This document shows positions 55,327 through 64,000 of a stretch of 64,000 bases of DNA, piece after piece. Source of the stretch: Pyrinomonadaceae bacterium (lineage in GTDB: Bacteria > Acidobacteriota > Blastocatellia > Pyrinomonadales > Pyrinomonadaceae); NCBI GenBank assembly GCA_036389095.1, contig DASVQM010000072.1, positions 25,718 to 89,717 on the forward strand. Direction: 5' to 3'. A model generated the notes under the pieces. The model did no database searches and was not told the origin of the DNA. It saw only the letters and a program-made list of their open reading frames with translations. Each line of letters starts with the position of its first letter. Position 1 is the stretch's first letter. The translations under genes and the position numbers were made by a program.

Positions 55327-55737
55327 ATGGAATACTCAAGAGAAGCGGAACGCGTCGAGATAGATACGGCCATCTATATCCTTTGGGGGACGGACGAGTC
55401 TCTGCGCGGGGGAAAGATCACAAGCCTGAGCACCAAAGGGTGTTTCGTGCAAACGAGGTCGGAGGCGACGCCGGGCCAGTTGATCTCCATACGCATCCGC
55501 CTGCCGACGGAGCGTTGGATGCTGATCGAAGGTCAGGTCAAGCATGTGCTCAGGCGCGTGGGCTTCGGCGTCCAGTTTGCGGAACTGCCCGAAGGCGATG
55601 CCGGTATGCTCGGACTGCTGGTGGAATTTTACCGCGACGACGCGCAGATAGTCTCCGGCCTGCTCTGTGACGACGACGCGGCGAGCAAGAATATCGAACG
55701 CATCAAAGGCGGCAGGGTGCTCGTTGGGCCCATCTAA
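55327..55737 (+). CDS. PilZ domain protein
   Basis: ATG 55327. RVEIDTAIYI...GGKITSLSTKGCFVQT fits the PilZ beta-barrel pattern. Confidence 0.55.
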   Translation: MEYSREAERVEIDTAIYILWGTDESLRGGKITSLSTKGCFVQTRSEATPGQLISIRIRLPTERWMLIEGQVKHVLRRVGFGVQFAELPEGDAGMLGLLVEFYRDDAQIVSGLLCDDDAASKNIERIKGGRVLVGPI

Positions 55738-55885
55738 GCCTCTGCCTGTCCGGTTCCCTTCCGGCCCATATCTCTTCCCCGCACATTCACCGATACCGTC
55801 AAGCTCATCTCTCGCTCTATTTCAGACCGGGACATTAGCAACGCCTCGCGGGCTGACATCCTGCTTCAAGAGGGGAGCCAGGGTT

Positions 55886-56635
55886 TCAGGTGATAGTCTG
55901 CCCCCGGCTGGCGGCGCAGGTGCGTGCTCTGTGCGCGCTTCGCCAGCGCCATAGCGTCAGGGCCCAGGAGACAGCCATATAGTAGATGGGAAATCCGAGC
56001 GAGATGAGCAGCGGCAGTCTAGAACCATCGTGCCAGCGCCAGAGGATAAGCAGTAGAAGCACAGTCCAGACCACGCCGAGCGCGATGGTTAAGAGGCTGA
56101 ATGGGCCGCGCTGCGAGGGATACAGGTATCTTGAGGGGATGAAGGTCAGAAGGGCCAGCAGGATGATGAGCGAGAGCGAGAGCCCGGAAGGCAGGCGCAG
56201 CATGTATAAATAGAAGGCTATGATATTCCAGTACGAGGGGAAGCCCAGGAAGAAGCCGTCATCGGTCTTGGCGTTGACCTGCGAGAAGCCGTAGGCGCTG
56301 GCGAGGAGCGGTAAGAGCAGCCACCATTGCTCGCCGCCTTGCAGAATCCCCGCCCGCCACACGAGCAACAGCGGAAGCGTCGTGTACGTATGAAAGTCAA
56401 CGAGATCATCGAGCTTCCGGCCATCGAAGCCCGGAACAACCTCCTTGACGCGGGCCCGCCGCGCCAGCCACCCGTCCGTAGAGTCAATGAAAGTGGCCGT
56501 CAACATGAGCGCGAAGGCGAGGCGAAACGACTCGTCACCGCCGCGCACGATGAGGACGGCCATCCCCGCAGCCGCCACCAACCCTGAAGCCGTGTAGAGG
56601 TGCACGCACCAGGCCAGGAATTTTTGCAGTTTCAT
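55886..56635 (-). CDS. pcs: CDP-alcohol phosphatidyltransferase, phosphatidylcholine synthase (Pcs)-like
   Basis: DSTDGWLARRARVKEVVPGFDGRKLDDLVDF matches the Pcs-type DxxDGxxAR...GxxLDxxxD motif. It is a polytopic membrane protein. Confidence 0.6.
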   Translation of the reverse strand: MKLQKFLAWCVHLYTASGLVAAAGMAVLIVRGGDESFRLAFALMLTATFIDSTDGWLARRARVKEVVPGFDGRKLDDLVDFHTYTTLPLLLVWRAGILQGGEQWWLLLPLLASAYGFSQVNAKTDDGFFLGFPSYWNIIAFYLYMLRLPSGLSLSLIILLALLTFIPSRYLYPSQRGPFSLLTIALGVVWTVLLLLILWRWHDGSRLPLLISLGFPIYYMAVSWALTLWRWRSAHRARTCAASRGQTIT

Positions 56636-57125
56636 TTCGCCCCGGCTCTCTTAATTCGTCCGAACCTATATTCTCATGTTTGCCGCGCGGCCCAGATGGG
56701 TGAAGTCTTCTCCGCTGACCCGCAGCCTCGCGCCAACATAGCATTTCGGAGGATGGAATTGTATTCCCACCGGGCAGGAATTTTCCGGTTTGAGTTGAGC
56801 CGGTTTTCGTTAATCTACAGTGGTCATACCGGGTTGCCAGTAAAAAGAGAGGGCGTGCGAGGGAGGGGCCGCGTCGCGCAGCCAATCGGGAGCGGCTGTA
56901 AATGAGGAGCGGCCTTCGCCGCGGGGCCATTGTTATAGAAACGTGTCTGGCCGAGCCCGCTTTGTGAGGCTCTCTTATTTATAGTAAATTGTAGGCGCAG
57001 TCATTCAGCTCCTGTTTTTTAATTCTCCTCTTTTGATAAGCGGCCCCGAAGCCTGTCTTTATCTTTTGTGCTGCGACAAAGGGTGAAGGGAAAGGCGTCA
57101 TGTACCACATGGGCCAACGGACTCA

Positions 57126-57935
57126 ATGCTAAAACGGCTCTATCGGAAAGCAGTGCCCGTTCACCTGAGACGGGCGATAAGACATTGGGCGTTGAATGGA
57201 GGAGACTTCAGTGTCACTTACGAATTGAGCTCCGGGTGGCCGCAAGAAGAGGTCTCTTCCTGGCTTTCGCCGCCGGTCACGGCACGCTTCAAAGGGGGGT
57301 TGGAGACATTCGATTTCAAGCTCGCGCAGCAATCGCCGGAGGCCGCCTTGAAGTCTCCGGTGGTGCTGGATAATCTCTCTCTACTACATCAGACCGGACT
57401 GGCGGAGGCATCGCTTCTGGATTACGGGTGCGGCAACGGGCTCTATCGTTTGATTCTCGGTCATGACCCGGCGACGGCCCGCTGGCGATATGCGGGCGCG
57501 GATATTAATAGCGAAGTGATCGACTGGTGTCGTTCGGTGCACACGGGTACGCGCTTCGAAGTTATGAAAGAGGGCGAGCCTTCGCCTTTCCGCGAGAGAG
57601 AATTCGAAGTGGTGCTGGCGAGCGGTGTGATTCAATGTGTTCGGGATTACCTCGCCACGCTTTCCGAGCTGCGCCGCATTAGCGGGAGCTATCTGTCGGT
57701 CAGCCGTCTTCCCGTCTGGAAGCATAACCCGACACGGACGGTCCTCCAGCTTGTTTCCCACTCCTGGGGTCATGAAAGCCATTTCATTCATGTCTTCAAT
57801 CGAGAGGAGGTCGAAGAGCTTTTCAAGAGCCTGGGGTTTTCCATAGCTTATCGTGACTACGGAAGCGAGACCTTCTTTGTGCAGGGTGTGCAGGAGCCGG
57901 TGATTCATAACCAGTATCTTCTGAAAAGGATTTGA
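57126..57935 (+). CDS. class I SAM-dependent methyltransferase
   Basis: LLDYGCGNGLY motif I. Confidence 0.65.
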   Translation: MLKRLYRKAVPVHLRRAIRHWALNGGDFSVTYELSSGWPQEEVSSWLSPPVTARFKGGLETFDFKLAQQSPEAALKSPVVLDNLSLLHQTGLAEASLLDYGCGNGLYRLILGHDPATARWRYAGADINSEVIDWCRSVHTGTRFEVMKEGEPSPFREREFEVVLASGVIQCVRDYLATLSELRRISGSYLSVSRLPVWKHNPTRTVLQLVSHSWGHESHFIHVFNREEVEELFKSLGFSIAYRDYGSETFFVQGVQEPVIHNQYLLKRI

Positions 57936-57950
57936 GAGAGTGGGCCCACG

Positions 57951-59285
57951 ATGCTGATCGGCATCTTTCCAGATTTGAACTGTCTGAGCGGCGGCGTCTA
58001 CCAGTACGGCCTGACCATGCTTCATGCTCTGCATGGCCTGAGAAGCGCGGGCGAGGACGAGTTTCTGATCTTCGCTAATCAGGACAGGAGCCATCCGAGC
58101 GTCGCGGCCCTCAGCCGACAGGGCTGGACGGTCAAGCCCGTGCAGCCGCCTTCGCTACCGAAGCGCGCGCTCGCCTCACTGGGCCAGGCGATAGGGGAAG
58201 AAAGCCTTCGCGGGGCGACGGCCTGGCTGCGTGGTCAGACGCGCGGCGTGCTGGGACTCGGCAGAGAGCGGCTGCCCGACCCGGACAACGTGCGCTTCCG
58301 CCCCGAGGCCGGACAGTGGTTTCGTGATTGCGGCGCGGAGCTGATGCTCTACCCTTCGGCGAGCCCCTTATGCTTCGAGACGCAACTGCCCTTTGTCGTC
58401 GCCATACATGATCTACAGCACAGGCTTCAGCCCGAGTTCCCGGAAATTTCCGCCGACGGCGAATGGCAGCGGCGAGAGTATCTGTTTCGTAACGCCGCGC
58501 GACATGCGACGCTGATCCTGACGGATTCGGAAGTGGGCAGAGAGGATATTCTGAACATCTACGGGGAATACGGCATTGAGCCGAGCCGCGTCAAAGTGCT
58601 GCCGTTTCTCCCGGCCCCTTACCTCGGAGCCGCGACTGCCGAGATTGGGCCCACGCAGGTGCACGCCGCTTATCGCCTGCCCGAGCGATACTTCTTCTAC
58701 CCGGCGCAGTTCTGGCCCCATAAAAATCATGCGCGCATCGTTCGCGCGCTCAAGTTGATAAAAGAAGCGCACGGCGTCGAGGTGTCTGTCGTCTTTTGCG
58801 GTTCGCGCACGGAACCGATTCGGGAGCGAACCTTCCGCGAGGTGATGTCTCTGGCCCATGAGCTTCAGATCGAGCGACAGGTACGCTATCTTGGTTACGT
58901 GCCGGACGCGGATATGGCCGGCCTTTATATGGCCGCCGTCGCCCTGGTGATGCCGACCTTCTTTGGGCCCACGAATATCCCGGTGCTCGAAGCTTGGGCC
59001 CTGAATTGTCCCGTCTTGACCTCTGACCTGAGAGGCATTCGAGAGCAGGCGGGAGATGCCGCCGTCCTGGTCGACCCGCGCTCGGTCGAAGCCATCGCCG
59101 ACGCCCTCCATCGCCTCTGGATGGATGAGACGCTGCGATGCGAGCTGATCCATCGCGGCCAGCAACGCCTGGCAAGCTACAGCGATGCGGATTATAGTTC
59201 TCGTCTGAGGGAGATTATCGCGGAGGCAAAGTCTCTGCTCGGTCAGGAGAAAGGGAGGGTCGCCTCGCGGGCGCGTTCTGTTTAG
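57951..59285 (+). CDS. glycosyltransferase family 1 (GT4-type)
   Basis: C-terminal GT-B pattern ...PTFFGPTNIPVLEAWALNCPVLTSDLRGIREQ. Confidence 0.75.
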   Translation: MLIGIFPDLNCLSGGVYQYGLTMLHALHGLRSAGEDEFLIFANQDRSHPSVAALSRQGWTVKPVQPPSLPKRALASLGQAIGEESLRGATAWLRGQTRGVLGLGRERLPDPDNVRFRPEAGQWFRDCGAELMLYPSASPLCFETQLPFVVAIHDLQHRLQPEFPEISADGEWQRREYLFRNAARHATLILTDSEVGREDILNIYGEYGIEPSRVKVLPFLPAPYLGAATAEIGPTQVHAAYRLPERYFFYPAQFWPHKNHARIVRALKLIKEAHGVEVSVVFCGSRTEPIRERTFREVMSLAHELQIERQVRYLGYVPDADMAGLYMAAVALVMPTFFGPTNIPVLEAWALNCPVLTSDLRGIREQAGDAAVLVDPRSVEAIADALHRLWMDETLRCELIHRGQQRLASYSDADYSSRLREIIAEAKSLLGQEKGRVASRARSV

Positions 59286-59297
59286 CAAAGCACATTT

Positions 59298-59699
59298 ATG
59301 GAAAAAATCGAGTACATCAGATGGAACGGAGAGCTGCTGGCCTGCATCATCAGAGCCGAGGCGAGCTTCGAGCGGACGAGCTTTATGACCTCGCCGGAAT
59401 ACAATTTTCAGGTGGGCTTCGTCGTCCATCCAGCCTGCTCCGAGATCGCGCCCCACGATCATTCATCAATCGAGCATCGCGTCACACAAATATTTGAAGT
59501 CCTGCTTATCAGAAAAGGGCGATGCGAGGTGGACATCTATAACCTCGACCGGGAACACGTCGCCACGCGCGAGCTGCGCGAGGGAGACCTGCTCTTCATC
59601 ACCGAAGGCGGGCATGGTTTCCGCATGCTGGAAGATACGGTTTTTCTTGAGATCAAGCAGGGCCCCTACACGGGCACAGATCAGAAGAAGCTGTACTGA
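59298..59699 (+). CDS. cupin-fold protein (WbuC-like)
   Basis: 133 aa with HDHSSIEH...E...G...GGHGF spacing, in a sugar-modification context. Confidence 0.5.
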   Translation: MEKIEYIRWNGELLACIIRAEASFERTSFMTSPEYNFQVGFVVHPACSEIAPHDHSSIEHRVTQIFEVLLIRKGRCEVDIYNLDREHVATRELREGDLLFITEGGHGFRMLEDTVFLEIKQGPYTGTDQKKLY

Positions 59700-59703
59700 G
59701 CAG

Positions 59704-60837
59704 ATGATACCCGTCAACGAACCTTTGCTGAACGGACGCGAGCTTGAGTACGTCTCGGAATGCGTCCGCACCGGATGGGTCTCCTCGGCAGGAAAGTTCA
59801 TCGAAGAGTTCGAGGGGCGTTGGGCGGCCTACTGCGGGCGTCGTTACGGCGTTGCCGTGAGCAGCGGCACGGCGGCGCTGCAATTATCGGTCGCCTGCAT
59901 CGGCCTTGAGCCCGGCGATGAAGTCATCATCCCGAGCTTTACGATCATCTCCTGCGCGCTCGCCGTCATCTACAACGAGTGCGTGCCCGTGCTCGTTGAT
60001 GCCGACCCCTCAACGTGGTGCATGGATGTCTCTCGCGTCGAGGAGAAGATCGGCCCGCGCACGCGCGCCATCATGCCCGTTCATATTTACGGGCATCCCG
60101 TTGACATGGATGCTTTGCAGGAGCTGGCGGACAGGCATGGGCTCCTGCTGATAGAGGACGCGGCGGAAGCGCAAGGGTCTGAATACCTGACGGGGCGCGC
60201 GACCGAGAGGGCCCATTGGCGACGCTGCGGCAGCTTCGGCGCGCTTTCGGCTTTCAGCTTTTATGCCAACAAGCCCATCACCACGGGCGAGGGCGGCATG
60301 ATACTGACCGACGACGCGCGGCTTGCCGAGCGTGCTCGCTCGCTCCGCAACCTGGCTTTCCAGGCCGAGCGCCGTTTCTATCACGAAGAGCTGGGCGCAA
60401 ATTTCCGACTGACAAATATGCAGGCCGCGCTCGGGGTCGCACAGGTCGAGCGCATAGGCGAGATCGTCGCGCGCAAGCGATTGATCGGTCATGAGTATAC
60501 GCGGCGGCTCAGTGACATAGAGCATTTGTCTCTTCCGGCTGAAGAGGCCTGGGCGCGCAGTATCTATTGGATGTACGGAATCGTGCTCGGTGAAGAAAGG
60601 GAGATGGACGCCGCGCAGTTTGCCGATAAGCTGAAAGCGCTCGGCATCGAGACGCGACCTTTCTTTCTGGGGATGCACGAACAGCCCGCCTTTCATAAGC
60701 GTGCTCTTTTTCCGGATGAGCATTACCCTGTCACGGAAAGGCTCGCCCGGCGCGGCCTCTACCTGCCTTCGGGGCTCGCCCTGACCGAAGACCAGATGGC
60801 CCGAGTTTGCGACGCCGTTCATGTGGTGCTTCCATGA
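59704..60837 (+). CDS. DegT/DnrJ/EryC1/StrS-family sugar aminotransferase
   Basis: MIPVNEPLLNGRELEYV start, and SFYANKPITTGEGGM containing the PLP lysine. Confidence 0.85.
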   Translation: MIPVNEPLLNGRELEYVSECVRTGWVSSAGKFIEEFEGRWAAYCGRRYGVAVSSGTAALQLSVACIGLEPGDEVIIPSFTIISCALAVIYNECVPVLVDADPSTWCMDVSRVEEKIGPRTRAIMPVHIYGHPVDMDALQELADRHGLLLIEDAAEAQGSEYLTGRATERAHWRRCGSFGALSAFSFYANKPITTGEGGMILTDDARLAERARSLRNLAFQAERRFYHEELGANFRLTNMQAALGVAQVERIGEIVARKRLIGHEYTRRLSDIEHLSLPAEEAWARSIYWMYGIVLGEEREMDAAQFADKLKALGIETRPFFLGMHEQPAFHKRALFPDEHYPVTERLARRGLYLPSGLALTEDQMARVCDAVHVVLP

Positions 60838-61604
60838 CAGAGGTCTTCAAAGACAACTACTCAGACACCTACGATCTCATCTACGGCGAGAAGGATTACG
60901 AGGGCGAATGCGCGCTCGTCGAACGCCTCTTTCAAGTCTACGGCGACCGCCAGGTTCGCACTATCCTGGACCTGGGGTGCGGCACGGGCGCGCACGCTCA
61001 CCTTCTGGGCCAACGCGGTTTCAAAGTAACGGGCGTAGACCGTTCGGAGAGTATGCTGGCCCATGCCCGCAAAAAAGCGCACACATTCATTGACGGCGAG
61101 GTCAGCTTTCAAGCGGGCGACGTGCGCTCCCTCAGGCTTGAGCAGCGATTCGATGCCGTCTTGATGATGTTCGCCGTGCTGGGCTATCAAACGGGCAATG
61201 AAGATGTGCTCGCCGCGCTGGAAACCGCTCGCGGGCATCTCGCGGCGGGAGGTCTGTTTCTGTTCGACGCCTGGTATGGGCCCGCCGTGCTTGCCGAGCG
61301 GCCATCCGAGCGAATCAAGGTGATTGCGACTGAGACCGGGCAGGTTTTGCGCGCCGCCCGAGGCGAGCTTGATACCAGGCGGCATCTCTGCAACGTGCGC
61401 TATCACTTATGGCGGCTCGAAGAGGGCCGGTCAATCGAGCACACGGAAGAGCTGCACCGGATGCGCTACTTTTTCCCTCTAGAGCTGGAGTTTTTTCTGC
61501 GCTGCGCAGGCTTCACCATGCTCCGGCTCGGGGCCTTTCCGGCATTCGACCGCGACCCGGGCGAGACGACCTGGAATGTCCTGTGTGTGGCAAAGGCCGT
61601 CTGA
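60834..61604 (+). CDS. class I SAM-dependent methyltransferase
   Basis: ILDLGCGTGAHAHLL motif I. Its ATG overlaps the preceding stop (ATGA). Confidence 0.75.
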   Translation: MTEVFKDNYSDTYDLIYGEKDYEGECALVERLFQVYGDRQVRTILDLGCGTGAHAHLLGQRGFKVTGVDRSESMLAHARKKAHTFIDGEVSFQAGDVRSLRLEQRFDAVLMMFAVLGYQTGNEDVLAALETARGHLAAGGLFLFDAWYGPAVLAERPSERIKVIATETGQVLRAARGELDTRRHLCNVRYHLWRLEEGRSIEHTEELHRMRYFFPLELEFFLRCAGFTMLRLGAFPAFDRDPGETTWNVLCVAKAV

Positions 61605-61623
61605 GAGTCGTTTCAAAAGCAGG

Positions 61624-61741
61624 AATTAACAGCGATGGACAGAGATTCTCAGGATGAAGAAAAAGCAAAGTTAGATTCATGCTGTCATGCTTTCAACTTT
61701 CATCCTGCTGTTAGTTCTTATCCTGTCCATCCCTGTTAATT
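61624..61741. repeat. 118-bp MITE/REP-like element (copy 2)
   Basis: AATTAACAGCGATGGACAG...TTATCCTGTCCATCCCTGTTAATT. It shares the arms with 44614-44732. Confidence 0.8.
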
Positions 61742-61762
61742 CTCTTTTCTAACCGCTCTTGA

Positions 61763-62680
61763 TCAAGGGATGATTCGTTGCAGCAAGCGGTAAGGATAGG
61801 AAGCGCCCGCCCTCATCTCCGGCAGATATATGTTCTCGAAGATCAGTTTGTCCGCCTCCCTGTCGCTGAACATATAGGGCGGATGGCGCAGCGGGAACTC
61901 CATGCTGCCCGTCGCAATGTTGGCGAGCACGCTGTCGGCGGAGCGCGTGTGAGTCGCATCGTCTCCGCATCCTAGATTTGAGATCAGGTTCATAGCAGCG
62001 GTTGCGGCCAGACCGTGCTGGGCCCAGATGGCGAAGATCCACTGGTAATCCCAGGCGTCAATCTTTTCTCCGCCCTCGTAAACCCAATCGAAAATGTTGC
62101 GCCAATACTTGACCGCCCTCGCGTCTACTAAAATGTCCGTGAGCCAGGAGGTCTCGCGCAGCATGGGCCAAAGCTTGAGTTCCATATCCAGGTATTGCCA
62201 GGCGCGACGCCACGTCGCCCATCCCCAGCCGCCCGCGATGTAATGAAAGAAGTAGCTGTAGGGCATGCGCTTGCGTCCAAGCAGGTAGTTGTCACCGCAA
62301 ACCGTCATGACGCGTTCGTCAGTCCGGTATTTCAGGAGCAGCTCTTCGCAAAATCGGAAGAAGGTCGGCTCGGGCAGGCAGTCATCTTCAAGGATGATCG
62401 CCTGCTCCACCTGATCGAAGGCCCAGCTCATCCCTGTCACTATGCGCCGCCTGCAACCCATGTTCTCATCCGAATAATTCTTCAGAACCTGGCAGTCCCA
62501 GTCCACCCCTTCAATGAGAGCCCTCGACGCCGCGCACTTTTCCGCTTCGCCCGCGTGGCCGGGCCTTGGGCCATCGGCGACCACCAGCAGTTGACTCGGC
62601 TGCGCTCTCCTGATGCGGGCGAAGACCCGTTCGGCCACGTCCGGGCGATTGAAGATAATGAAGACTACGGGAGCGTTCAT
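61763..62680 (-). CDS. glycosyltransferase (GT2/GNT-I-like, HlpA-like family)
   Basis: VVFIIFNRPD...LLVVADGPR...ILEDDC pattern. Confidence 0.55.
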   Translation of the reverse strand: MNAPVVFIIFNRPDVAERVFARIRRAQPSQLLVVADGPRPGHAGEAEKCAASRALIEGVDWDCQVLKNYSDENMGCRRRIVTGMSWAFDQVEQAIILEDDCLPEPTFFRFCEELLLKYRTDERVMTVCGDNYLLGRKRMPYSYFFHYIAGGWGWATWRRAWQYLDMELKLWPMLRETSWLTDILVDARAVKYWRNIFDWVYEGGEKIDAWDYQWIFAIWAQHGLAATAAMNLISNLGCGDDATHTRSADSVLANIATGSMEFPLRHPPYMFSDREADKLIFENIYLPEMRAGASYPYRLLQRIIP

Positions 62681-62931
62681 CTTGAAATAATAATAGCCGG
62701 TAGAGGACTAAAGGACATAACCGCCCGGACAGAATTAGAAAAGAATGGTTTGATCTTTGACTGCTGAAGCAGCCCGCGCCGAGAGAGTAGTATCAAGACC
62801 GCGGTCTTATAAGCCGCAGCGCCCGCGCCCATCCAGCTTTCGTGCCTTGCGCTTCTGGATGTAAATTGTGTCCGGCGCGGGTGCGGCGCATGCTGAGCGT
62901 TGGGCCCATGCGTCGCACCGGAGGAGATGGA

Positions 62932-63192
62932 ATGACCGGCGAATTTAAGAATGCTGTTACCCGAACGATTGCTGATTTCCTGAGAGAGATAGGCATCGAG
63001 GTCATCCCTGTAAGCATAAGCGCTAAGAGTTTCCTTCCTGGCATTGTGGTTGAGAGATTAACGATCAGGACAGGATCGCGCCCGCTCATTCGACAGAGCA
63101 GCCTCTTGAGCGATTCTTTCATCCTCATGCGGAGCGCCTGCCGCCCGGCTTTTCGCGTCGCCCGCTTCGAGAGCGCGAATGCGAGCGCATAA
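62932..63192 (+). CDS. small hypothetical protein (86 aa)
   Basis: MTGEFKNAVTRTIADFLREIGIEV... looks like the N-terminus of a conserved hypothetical family. It is possibly truncated. Confidence 0.25.
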   Translation: MTGEFKNAVTRTIADFLREIGIEVIPVSISAKSFLPGIVVERLTIRTGSRPLIRQSSLLSDSFILMRSACRPAFRVARFESANASA

Positions 63193-63296
63193 AAAAGGCG
63201 CTCACCTCACGCGACTGGTGGTAATATGCAGCATCCCTGGCGGGCGCGACCCGTCATATGCGTGTCATCAGACTTGAACAGACTGGTTGACAGATA

Positions 63297-64000
63297 ATGC
63301 CTCAAGCGGTTTCCACCCGACCGCCTCTGTCTCCTCACCCGCTGGCGCTTCTGGCTCTCACCTTCGCCGCCGGTATCTTCGCCGTGCGCCTCTACGTCTT
63401 AACGCTCCGCTTCGCTCTAGCCTGCTGCGCTATCTGTTTGGCGCTCGCGCTTCTCTCCTACATCAGGCGACGCTCTGGATGGGCGACGCTCTTTGTCGCG
63501 CTCTCATTCTTCGGCGCGGGAGCGATGCTCGCGTGCCTGGAAAAGCGCAGCGTTGCGGCGCATCGCGTCGAACGGTTGTTAGAGGACGGCAGTATCGCTT
63601 CGGGCGAGCCCATGGAGATAGAGGGCACGATGGAGAGCGCGCCAGAGCCCGCGCCTGAAAGTCTCTATCTCACGCTGCGGGTCGAAAAGATCAGGCTCAG
63701 GGAGCGAGAGCGTGAGGCTTCCGGGAGAGTCCGGCTCGTGGCCGCCGTGACGAACGAGGTGACGCGCGCCGAATATGAAGCGCTCGAATTGCGCTACGGC
63801 GCGCGGCTGCGAGTCATGACCATCCTCAATCGCACAGAGAGCTTTCGCAACCCGGGCGTCTCTTCCCTGACGGAGTATCTGGAACAACGCTCACTGGACG
63901 CGACGGGCTCGATCAAAAGCCCGCTCCTGATCGAGAGACTGGACGACGAGCCAGTCGTGCTGCCGCTCTACTGGCTTTACGAGTGGCGTCAACGTCTGCT
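63297..64000 (+). CDS. comEC: ComEC/Rec2-family competence protein, N-terminal part (runs off the window)
   Basis: The frame from ATG 63297 stays open to the window end. It has TM helices followed by a DUF4131-like segment (RVRLVAAV...YGARLRVMTILNRTESFRNPG). It is absent from the ORF track because no stop is present. Confidence 0.65.
   Translation, partial: MPQAVSTRPPLSPHPLALLALTFAAGIFAVRLYVLTLRFALACCAICLALALLSYIRRRSGWATLFVALSFFGAGAMLACLEKRSVAAHRVERLLEDGSIASGEPMEIEGTMESAPEPAPESLYLTLRVEKIRLREREREASGRVRLVAAVTNEVTRAEYEALELRYGARLRVMTILNRTESFRNPGVSSLTEYLEQRSLDATGSIKSPLLIERLDDEPVVLPLYWLYEWRQRL

Overview
This is a GC-rich bacterial chromosomal window; DUF1800/DUF1501 pairs and TPR/CarboxypepD_reg proteins hint at Acidobacteriota, but that is only a guess. 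It has three parts.

(1) 1-3.6 kb is a decayed flank. It holds a DinB gene with a chimeric tail, an NmrA-like fragment, a frameshifted ATPase fragment, a Tat-signal Asp/Glu-racemase-family gene and a 5'-truncated rsgA.

(2) About 3.7-26.8 kb is a visibly AT-richer 23.1-kb mobile element.
- It is bounded by arrays of 23-bp repeats in inverted orientation with TG...CA tips.
- It is flanked by a 10-12 bp direct repeat and sits 5 nt downstream of the pilC stop codon.
- It carries a tnsB-like DDE transposase, a tnsC/tniB-like AAA+ ATPase and an unusual 690-aa multi-winged-helix/HEAT protein.
- Its cargo includes a type III R-M system with two unknown neighbours, a PolB-type exonuclease, two XRE regulators and a multi-GAF histidine kinase with a receiver and two membrane proteins.
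- It also carries a methyltransferase/unknown/degenerate-TIR operon.
- Just outside its left tip lies a 68-bp remnant of a second end that looks like canonical Tn7. That remnant also points at pilC, and a perfect 34-bp palindrome joins it to the truncated rsgA.

(3) 26.8-64 kb is ordinary housekeeping DNA.
- Genes: pilB-hyp-pilT-pilC, queC/queE, ECF sigma and anti-sigma, M28/M20 peptidases, DUF1800/DUF1501, and an acyl-CoA dehydrogenase with a kinase.
- Also birA, coaX, an RlmD-like methyltransferase, a PilZ protein, a Pcs-like transferase, a sugar-modification/glycosyltransferase cluster and the start of comEC.
- This part is peppered with heptamer-based hairpin repeats and two copies of a 118-bp MITE-like element.

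All calls rest on reading the ORF translations and the DNA by eye. No database search was possible.
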